A stretch of 62,844 bases of DNA, filler included, from Stramenopiles sp. TOSAG23-2 (lineage: Eukaryota), in the NCBI GenBank assembly GCA_900128395.1. It is 17 parts of 17 records of this genome, joined end to end, with 100 filler letters (N's around TTAATTAATTAA, not from the genome) between each part and the next. Parts side by side here need not be neighbours in the genome. Positions count along the whole stretch, not along the records: positions 52,501 to 56,408 come from LT651051.1; positions 56,509 to 60,414 come from LT651052.1; positions 60,515 to 61,629 come from LT653681.1; positions 61,730 to 62,844 come from LT653682.1; 13 more parts are not named here. One strand, written 5' to 3'. The notes below the pieces were generated by a model, which was not told where the DNA came from, ran no database searches, and saw only the letters and a list, made by a program, of their open reading frames with translations. This document shows, piece after piece, positions 53,926 to 62,844 of this stretch. The first letter of the stretch is position 1; each line of letters starts with the position of its first letter. The translations under genes and the position numbers were made by a program.

Positions 53926-56368
53926 TTAAATACGTGCAGGAAATGACCATTTCACTGTCCAATTCAGACCATCTTTTTTATCTTGTGTAATATATGGTAA
54001 TACTTCCTCATCGTAAATTGGAGATTTATATTGATCTTTCATCAATGCAGCTAATGCCATCCAACCAGGAACTGTACCTGTTGTATCAACATATGCTTCT
54101 GTCATACTTCTTTCATTTTGTAAACGGGTTTTATTAATTCTTTCCGACACACGAAATTTCCTTCCAGCTGTAATAACATGATTCTTATAAAACATTGCAT
54201 GGAATATTAAACCATAATATTGCCAATAATTTTCACCCTGATGATGTGATGAATGTCGTCTAAAAGCTTTTGCCTCATCCCCATTTTCATCATTTCTATA
54301 TTTTCTTAAATTTGATAAATATGTACCATATCCATATAGATAATCATCTTTTGAATCTTGTTGACCAAAACATTTTTCTTGTATTGCTTCAAATGAAGTG
54401 GAAACATTTCTATTTAATATTACTTTTAAATAATCTTCCTTTTTTGTACAATTTAATAAAAATAAATCCATTAAAAGACCTAGCTCAAAATATGATGGGC
54501 ACATTTTACGCAATAATTTTATTTTCTTGAACCACATTGTTTCAAATTTTAATAAAAGGGTCCATCGTAATCGTAGAAAAATTAATTCAAACGCTTCCTT
54601 TTCCGCTTCAAAATGTAATGGAGTCTTATCATGAGTAAAACTATTTAAACAAGCTTGACTTAATATCGACATATTCATTTTAGCCTCACCTGCTTCTTTT
54701 TTCCATGATCCATTTTGTGTGCGCCTAGAAACTAAACACTTTTTAATTTGTTTTGTAGCATTGAAGAAAGAAGATAAAGCTTGTCCTTTTTTATATTTTC
54801 TACCATTAAACTTGTTAAATGTCATTGTCAATGTGTCTTCCCACATATCTGCCTTTTGCTCATCCGATGATGTATCCATTCCATGAACAATATTACTATA
54901 TGAGTTATATAAAACTTTCCCTAGCCATGTTTCATTGCGCATTATACAAGAATCAATGTGAAAATAATCAGGTGATCTACTCAACCATGATTTCATTTTT
55001 GATCTTATATATTCCAAATCAACTGATACATTCTCCTTTTTCGCCGCTGGCTTTTCCACAACTATGCCATCATCATCATATCCAACTTTCTCAGAATGTA
55101 CATGAACAAAACGCCTTTTCCAATACTTTCGCTTTGTCAATGATTTTCCTAAATCATCACTTTTCAATAAATTTCGCGCTATTGGTGTATAACTTGAATG
55201 ATTATACTTTTTATTCTTGTCCCATGCACGTGTTATATTACCTTCTTTAATTGTACAAGGTTCAAGTGCTACTAATACTATTTGCAATTGTAATTTCGTC
55301 TCTCTTTCTCTTTCGGAACATAACGTTTTGAAAGGATCTTCTTTAAAAAAAGTTCTAATCATCTGTGGGTAACATTTTGGATCCAACATACGCAATAATA
55401 ATCTTTCCATTGCCGTTGTTTTTGTAAAACGATATGGTATTCTACACGATGCAGAATGTGTTAAATTAGCACAACTAACAACATCATATCCTAGACCTTC
55501 GTACAATAATTGATGATCTAATCGTGGATGATGCGGTGCAACAAATTTAGGCATAGATGTTTCCTTTGATGCAGCATATTTATACTCATAATCGATCCAT
55601 GTTGCTCCATTGTTTACACTCCCAATAACCACTGGTACCCAACGAATTGTTGGCCCTGGTCGTGTTTCAAACACACCATAACTATGACATATTCGAAAAG
55701 GGGCCATGAATCGTATAAATTTGGCATAGTTGCGTAATAAAGTAATTTTCATTGCTTTTGGAGATAATGCTGGCCACCATATCCACGTTTGCGAAACCCA
55801 TGAATTGAATGGCAACATTGATATTGATAACGGAAAAACAAAACATATGGCATAGATGTACAATATTATATACCGATAATCATTATCATATAACGATAAT
55901 GAGAAAGATGGAAGCAACAATGATGATGATGATAATGATGATGATGTTTCTGTTACATTGCCAATTGTTATTGTTGTTGTTTCAAATAAAAATGGTATCG
56001 ATAAACCTATTGTTAAAACGTTGAAATGTCCAAAATTACCACAAATTTGTATACCAATCATTAATGCAATAAATGATCCTGCAGCAATTGGTCGAAATGG
56101 AAAGGTATTGGATATTGGAAAACATAATAATAAGAATGGTGCAATAATTTCAATAAACAACATTCCCATCAAAGCAAATTTATGAAACAGTATTGGCAAT
56201 TTCTCTCCTAACCAACCAAAAATAGATGGAATTGGTTGATATATTAAAAAACCTTTAATATACCCATTATCTCTGCTTGTATGACCAACGAATTTCAACT
56301 TCCCAAACCCAAACATTACACGAAATAATAACCAACGAAATAAAAATGATAGCAACAAAGAAGGTAAT
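53926..56368 (-). CDS. Lipase maturation factor (LMF) family membrane protein with long C-terminal extension (5' truncated)
   Basis: FRWLLFRVMFGFGKLK, QPIP, IQICGNFGHFNVLT, SYGVF, YEYKY, FVAPHHPRLDHQL; the ORF's first residues come from a fold-back duplicate. Confidence 0.9.
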
Positions 56369-56408
56369 ATAACACGTGCATGGGACAAGAATAAAAAGTA
56401 TAATCATT
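56357..56408. repeat. 52-bp inverted duplicate of 55197-55248 at the contig end
   Basis: AAAGAAGGTAATATAACACGTGCATGGGACAAGAATAAAAAGTATAATCATT is the exact reverse complement of 55197-55248. Confidence 0.95.
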
Positions 56409-56914
56409 NNNNNNNNNNNNNNNNNNNNNNNNNNNNNNNNNNNNNNNNNNNNTTAATTAATTAANNNNNNNNNNNNNNNNNNNNNNNNNNNNNNNNNNNN
56501 NNNNNNNNACCCACCCTAAGAGTGTATCATACCACTAGACCACATGGACTTTGTGCGTTAAAAATACATTTATATATATATGACTTTCGTCATAATGTTG
56601 TCTTATGTGTTGAAACTTTTTACTAAAATTAGTATTTATATACACTTATTTAAATTAGCATGGGAATATCATATAGCATAAACACAGCATTCTCTGCCTA
56701 TTATTATTCTCGTACTTTTTTTTTTATATATAGTAGTACATTATATTTGACATGTATGTGCATGCACACATATTAATTAAAATAACCACCATCAAACAGA
56801 AATAAATACATATCTTTCTCCAATTCAACATTCATCTCTTCTAGATTTTTTAAAACCATCCACCCCATCCAACTATATATACATACATACATACATACAA
56901 ACACATAGATTACA

Positions 56915-58916
56915 ATGAATTCATTAAATATATTCAATGAAGAATCCAATGAACCAATTGATTTGATGGATTCATTACATGTTATGCTATCTTCGGATCA
57001 TAAAGAATTAGATGGTACAACAATAAAAAAAATTAGTGGCAAGAATATCAATGAAGTTGAGATTATATTAAGTGGAATAGAACAATTTGCAGGGGAAAGG
57101 CAAACAGTTAATGATATTGTAAATATTCGTTTCAAGCAAATTAAAGAGGAAGGTTTGTATATTGGGTTTAAAGACGACGTAGAAGTGCTTTTATTTTGTA
57201 TAAATTCGAAAGCGAAAAAGATAAGATTACTCGCTTTAAGTATTATCAAGCAATTTTTCCAGTTAGAGGTTGGTTGGAATGCAGATGATTTAGATGAACA
57301 ACGATATCATGCATTGTGCATGGGTTTTGCTACGAAAGGACCAAGAATCATTACGGACTTGTTAGTGCAAAATTATGCTGATGAAACCGACTTATTGTTA
57401 GAAATTGTTGTATTTTCCTCTGCACATTTATATATAAGACGACAATACATTGATTTGATTTTAAAGCCTTTAATGTTGTATGTAGTGCCTGCAAATGTAT
57501 TGCATCATCGTATACTAGCTTTAACGGCATTGAAACATTGCATGTTGCAAATAGAACAACCATGCACTGCATTTACTGTTCAAGGACCTCATGTTCAAGA
57601 TATTTGGGAAATCGTAGATAGCTCTTCTGGTTCCCATTCGCCTTTTTTCTGTTGCAGAATAAATTGTTAATGTCCTCACACAAGCTTTTAATAGGTCACC
57701 ATCTGCCCTACCTCGCCGTGACCGAGTATGATTTTCAGAGTATAGACATCGCGCTTCAATCAAGATATAACGTATAACTCCATGACTTACAACATATTTT
57801 AATATATCATCATATGCACAGAGTCCAATGAAGCCAAATGCTGTTATTATGTCTTTTCTAACAACGCCAATTGGGGTCTGTTGTAATATTGAAAGCATTG
57901 GGCGTGTCATTAAATGTACATATGCTCTTAAAATATCATTACTGCGGTATAACAGAGCACTCGTTGTGCGAAGAAACATTTGCGAAACATGTCTTTGCGA
58001 TGATCTTCCCATATCCTCTTCAATTTTTGTCAACATTGGTGTAATAGTTCCAGCACCAAATTCCCTGCTCAAACCACTTGTTGCTTCATCAATCGTATGA
58101 TCCTCTCCATCTTCTTTTGTTGCTAATGATTTCGCAGACGGAATTGCATGTGAGGCATATCTTGAAGGAAACAATAGTGATAATGATGAGGAAGAGTTAA
58201 AAACACGTTCCAATAAAGGCAATGATAAAACGGTGGAGGGGGAAGATATAGAACATAAATTTCACAATGATAGAATCTTATTGAATTATCGGGAGAAGCT
58301 GGAATATGTACGCTCAAAAGTTTTATCGAATAACTGCATACCAAATATCATACCTTTACTATCTAGTCCTAGCGTTAAAACTCGTATATTGGCATGCGAG
58401 GCTATCTCAAACATTGCGTTGTATGCCCCAGGAAGATCTTTGTTGATTGCACAATGGGTATACAAAACAGAAGAAAGAAATAAAATAAACGCATACGAAA
58501 TGGAACGTGCAAATTTACAAGAAAAAATAATGAATTACAATGGAATAATTGAAACATTGCAATTACAAGTATTAAGTAAGAGCGATAAAAATAAAATAAA
58601 CGCATACGAAATGGAACGTGCAAATTTACAAGAAAAAATAATGAATTACAATGGAATAATTGAAACATTGCAATTACAAGTATTAAGTAAGAGCGATAAC
58701 AAGAAAGAAATGGCACATGATATGGATTTATTGAAAGAATATCAAAAAACTATGTCAGTGTTACAAAAACGTGTCGCACAATTGAAAAATAATCAAGAAT
58801 TTGAAAAAATGATGAGTAGAAAAAGATTGATTGATTCATTGTTTTATACTTCATCATTTGATACTTCAAAGGAAGTTAGACGTTGGGCTAGTTCTGCTAT
58901 ATTGAATATGTATTAA
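56915..58916 (+). CDS. Armadillo/HEAT-like helical repeat protein with the central segment (about 57620-58125) inverted
   Basis: Plus ORF 56915-57620, minus ORF 58122-57622, plus ORF 58122-58916 (CIPNIIPLLSSPSVKTRILACEAISNIA; KEVRRWASSAILNM); the inverted piece joins the last piece in frame at GCTA. Confidence 0.7.
58478..58699. repeat. Exact 111-bp in-frame tandem duplication (37 aa)
   Basis: NKINAYEMERANLQEKIMNYNGIIETLQLQVLSKSD occurs twice. Confidence 0.95.
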
Positions 58917-59030
58917 TTTGGGTGTGTTAAAAATATTTTTTATTTTATTGTACAGACACACGCATATGTTTTATTTTTATTGAAAAAATAAATTTTAAGA
59001 AGAGAGACATATGATAGGACGTTTATCATA

Positions 59031-59238
59031 TACTGATGATTGAGTAAAGTTACCGACTTCGTAAAAGAGAAAGAAATATTTTTGTGTGTCGTGGCACACA
59101 CACACACACACACTAAAATTAGTTTTTTAGAAATTACTGATGATTGAGTAAAGTTACCGACTTCGTAAAAGAGAAAGAAATATTTTTGTGTGTCGTGGCA
59201 CACACACACACACACACTAAAATTAGTTTTTTAGAAAT
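59031..59238. repeat. 104-bp tandem duplication
   Basis: TACTGATGATTGAGTAAAG...TTTTTTAGAAAT at 59031 and 59135. Confidence 0.95.
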
Positions 59239-59407
59239 TTACGAACCGTAAAAAATACGAGTGTCAAGCAGAGAAAGATTTATGTACGGGGATGCACCGC
59301 TTACTTTACTATCTTAAATTTTTACATAGTATATACTCGTGTATATTTATTTTAATTTTACTCGTAATTTAAGATTAAAATATTATATAAATAAAAAATA
59401 TATTTTA

Positions 59408-59765
59408 TATTATATTTTTAAAATTTTAACACATTTAAGGATATCATATTTTGCAAAACATTTCTATACCATATGTACGTATTATATTATGATGTATGCA
59501 TTTCTTTTTTTTTTTACTTTTCCGGGGAATCAACAATATACATATTTAATCTTCAATCAAATATATAAATCCTCCCTAAATATTATTATTATATTTTTAA
59601 AATTTTAACACATTTAAGGATATCATATTTTGCAAAACATTTCTATACCATATGTACGTATTATATTATGATGTATGCATTTCTTTTTTTTTTTACTTTT
59701 CCGGGGAATCAACAATATACATATTTAATCTTCAATCAAATATATAAATCCTCCCTAAATATTAT
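59408..59765. repeat. 179-bp tandem duplication
   Basis: TATATTTTTAAAATTTTAACAC...CCTCCCTAAATATTAT occurs twice. Confidence 0.95.
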
Positions 59766-59943
59766 GGAAAAAAACAAGATCATCGGCTAGGTGAGCTTTT
59801 ACCTCACCTACTACCTACTCTATTGGATTTACAGTCAAGCATTTGCATATTTTTACACAAAAAATAATATATTACGTCTTTCATTTCTTCAAGTATTACA
59901 AAATAATTCTACATAACCTATGTCTTTAACTTTAACAATATTA

Positions 59944-60414
59944 TTAGAAAGTACGGAACGTCTTTTTTGCACTAGTGGTTGATCTTCCTGATGAAGCTTC
60001 AACTTTAAGAACATTGAAACGAACAGTTTTTGACAAAGGTCTACATTGTCCTACTGTTACTACGTCACCTTCTTTAATATCTTTAAATGCTGGTGAGCAA
60101 TGTGCTGCTACATTTTTGTGTCTTTTCTCATAACGACGGTATTTAGGTTGGAAGTGTAAGTAATTACGACGTACAATAACAGTTCTCTTCATTTTGGTGG
60201 AAATAACAATACCTTTAAGGATACGGCCACGGATGGAAACGTTACCAGTGAATGGACATTTTTTGTCAACATAGGTACCTTCAATAGCTGCTTTTGGTGT
60301 TTTAAATCCAAGACCAATGTTACGGTAATAACGTGTACCTGCTTTGGATTTTTTAATCAAAGATGCTTTTTTACCAACGAAGACTGCGTCTTGCTTTTGG
60401 AATGCTTTTTCTGT
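59944..60414 (-). CDS. RPS11: 40S ribosomal protein S11 (uS17), missing first residues
   Basis: TEKAFQKQ...[32 protein letters not shown]...RYEKRHKN...[17 protein letters not shown]. Confidence 0.98.
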   Translation of the reverse strand, partial: TEKAFQKQDAVFVGKKASLIKKSKAGTRYYRNIGLGFKTPKAAIEGTYVDKKCPFTGNVSIRGRILKGIVISTKMKRTVIVRRNYLHFQPKYRRYEKRHKNVAAHCSPAFKDIKEGDVVTVGQCRPLSKTVRFNVLKVEASSGRSTTSAKKTFRTF

Positions 60415-60725
60415 NNNNNNNNNNNNNNNNNNNNNNNNNNNNNNNNNNNNNNNNNNNNTTAATTAATTAANNNNNNNNNNNNNNNNNNNNNNNNNNNNNN
60501 NNNNNNNNNNNNNNCACATAAAAAATTTGAATAAGAATACGAATTTTAATTATTATTATTATTATTAAAGAAATCGATTCAAGTAATTGCTTTTTGTAAT
60601 CGTGTAGAAAATATTATTATTATATATTTGTGGAATACCGGAGCACTATCAATTATTATTATTATTTACGAACCTTGTGGGGGTAAGACGACGAACAAAC
60701 ATTTTGTATATATAATAACGATAAT

Positions 60726-61629
60726 ATGGCAAGTGTAAAAGATGTGGAATTGCATACATTAACACCAAAATCATCGGTGAAATCATTAGCAGTACCGAAA
60801 CATTTAGTCGATATACCGCCTACACCAGTACGACCAGATAAGCCAACAACCATCACGTCTTCGGATAATAATAATAATAAGGATAACAACCAACATGAAC
60901 ATATTCATAAAAAAGGATGTGAAGATAAATTACGTTGTGAATTTTTTGGTCATGAATGGCATTGGTCGGAAATATTTATATTCTTATGTCTTGTAGGCAC
61001 CATCATATTAGGTTGTTTAAAGCAATTGACTGGTAGTAACGATATTGATAATTCAATATTTTGGTTATTAGTCATGATTGCATGTGGTTTTGGTAATATT
61101 TTTTTATGGAACATTGGTTGGGTACAAACTGATGCAGAATATTCCAGACGAATAGATTGGGCATGTAAAGATATTGAAAAAGAAAATGAGACAATGCTAC
61201 AATCAGTGAATGAGTTAAAAAGAAATTTAAAGGAACAAGAAAAATTGGCAACCGATGCAGCTAGACAAACTGCAGCGATGGGTAAGAAAGTTGGCCTAGT
61301 TGATGAGCATGGTAAAGTTATTAAAGAAGGTGTTAAAAAATTTGAAAATTTAATGAATAGTCCACACTTCACAAGTTATAATATCAGGTTAGGTCGAACG
61401 CAAAAGATACAAAATGAAACTAATAATAGTTATAAACGGGACAATATGTATAATGATTGTATACGTAATTTTAAAACAAGTGCAAGTGGTGGTGTCAATG
61501 CTAAAATTAAAATAAAAGATGAAAGAGTAAAGAAGCGATTGGCACGTACCTTTAATGAATTTAATAAAAAATGTGTGGAAGTTGGCAGTTTACCAATTGA
61601 TATTAACAAACTGGATCAAATGGATAAAC
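60726..61629 (+). CDS. Hypothetical membrane protein: two TM helices plus coiled coil (3' truncated)
   Basis: Hydrophobic segments IFIFLCLVGTIILGCL and IFWLLVMIACGFGNIFLW, then a heptad region; open to the linker. Confidence 0.75.
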
Positions 61630-61970
61630 NNNNNNNNNNNNNNNNNNNNNNNNNNNNNNNNNNNNNNNNNNNNTTAATTAATTAANNNNNNNNNNNNNNN
61701 NNNNNNNNNNNNNNNNNNNNNNNNNNNNNTATCCCCTGCATTAGAGTGCATTGGGGCTGTCCAGAGAGGAAGAGAAAAAGAGCATAAAAGTCGTTAAAAA
61801 AAGTAAATAAGGAATTTAAATTATTATTTTTAGTTGTAGTACGAAAGAGTAGTATAGTTAAGTTGGAAATAGTACTAAGGGGGTGGTATTGGGGTACTCT
61901 AATTGGGAATCTGTTATTTTTATTACATTTCACCTTAATATTAGCATAAGCACAGTACTAAGTATTTTAT

Positions 61971-62359
61971 GCTTTTCCGTTTTTTTAATATGAACACAGC
62001 AGGGGCCTTTTCCGTTTTTTTAATATCAACACAGCAGGGGCCATTTCGTCTTTTTAATATGAACACAGCAGGGGCTTTTTTCACTTTTTAATATGAACAC
62101 AGCAGGGGCTTTTTTCACTTTTTGGTTATGAACACAGCAGGGGCTTTTTTCACTTTTTGGTTATGAACACAGCAGGGGCTACATCCGTCGCCTGTTTCAT
62201 ATGAACACAGCAGGGGCCATTTCGTCACCTGTTGCATATCAACACAGCAGGGGCTAAATCCGTTCCTGTTATATGAACACAGCAGGGCCTACATCCGTTT
62301 CCTGTTATATCAACATAGCAGGGGCCTTTTCGTCCTGTCGCATATGAACATAGCAGGGC
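61971..62359 (+). repeat. Tandem array of 11 units (34-38 bp) with conserved core TAT[GC]AACA[CT]AGCAGGG
   Basis: Eleven cores counted; the pyrimidine-rich linkers are related to each other and drift along the array. Confidence 0.95.
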
Positions 62360-62504
62360 AACACTAGAGATAGTTGCCATGCTGCATCATGCTGCCATGA
62401 TTTTAGCAATAGTGCACTATACTCAACCACGCCCCTCCAAGCCGCGGGACACAAAAGAATACCTTTTTTAAGTACGACATACATTTAATTACATAGGCAA
62501 AAAA

Positions 62505-62617
62505 ATTGTGGAGAGTTCAAACTCTCCACAATGTCTTGATAGGATTGTGGAGAGTTGTTAGAATATAAAAACTGTAGGTGGAGAGTGTGGAGAGTTTGTG
62601 GAGAGTTCAACTCTCCA
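62505..62617. repeat. Cluster of GTGGAGAG direct and inverted repeats with two palindromes
   Basis: ATTGTGGAGAGTT-CA-AACTCTCCACAAT (62505-62532), TGGAGAGTT-C-AACTCTCCA (62599-62617) and three more direct copies. Confidence 0.9.
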
Positions 62618-62844
62618 TTTTTGTACCTCCCGGGACACAAAATTAAGTATGACTTAAACAATAGGAAAAGTAAAAACCCTATCAAGATAATAAAAATTAA
62701 CACAAATCCAATGCTGAGTAATTTATTTCTAAAATTTCATATATGGCGAAAAATGTGTAAATTATCTAAAATACTTTATGATAGGAATATCAAATATATG
62801 AAACACTCTCAGCTGCTTGATGTTGTTATTCATACTTGTTATGC

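Noticed and set aside
56369-56388. MSHARVI as the true LMF N-terminus
   Set aside because: It derives from the inverted duplicate of 55197-55248.
56915-58916. Ciliate-style scrambled gene or programmed inversion switch
   Set aside because: The flanking segments are in different frames, so a clean inversion cannot restore the ORF, and the window has independent evidence of fold-back chimeras. Kept only as a low-prior finding.
592-61629. Non-standard genetic code or selenocysteine readthrough
   Set aside because: Conserved genes translate fully in the standard code and end at the expected positions with TAA, TAG or TGA.
61971-62359. CRISPR array
   Set aside because: The spacers are short, mutually homologous and partly identical, the repeat is not palindromic, the context is eukaryotic and no cas genes are present.
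335-62703. Numerous short 60-190 aa ORFs in the track
   Set aside because: They are antisense or alternate-frame shadows of real genes, or low-complexity AT-rich and microsatellite translations.

Overview
This is not one locus. It is 17 unrelated contigs (15 of about 3.9 kb in descending length order, then two of 1115 bp) joined by artificial 100-nt linkers (N44-TTAATTAATTAA-N44). The DNA is nuclear, AT-rich and gene-dense, with GT-AG introns, (AT)n/(CA)n microsatellites and poly-Asn tracts. SSNA1, CEP95-like and PKD2-like genes point to a flagellated microbial eukaryote, and the secreted carbohydrate-active proteins suggest a heterotroph; a stramenopile is plausible but not proven. Recognisable genes: Rab-like GTPase, HECT E3, PX-BAR sorting nexin, SSNA1, DNAJC7, LYAR, FAM177-like, TIG-FN3-legume lectin protein, beta-helix protein, PTEN-like, CEP95-like, GH3, kinesin-14, TTC9-like, PKD2-like, BIRC6-like UBC, enoyl-CoA hydratase, LMF and RPS11. 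Several fold-back, inversion and tandem-duplication junctions look like whole-genome-amplification or assembly chimeras. The most interesting signals are four. (1) Two otherwise dissimilar Cys-rich proteins on different contigs share a C-terminal tag, VxxxGxxY...RRRRLLQ-x6-stop. (2) An AGCAGG cis-element recurs upstream of genes, forms 18- and 25-bp perfect inverted repeats, and is amplified into an 11-copy array at 61971-62359. (3) TACGAA/TTCGTA palindromes cluster between convergent gene ends. (4) A candidate small structured RNA lies at 52501-52583.
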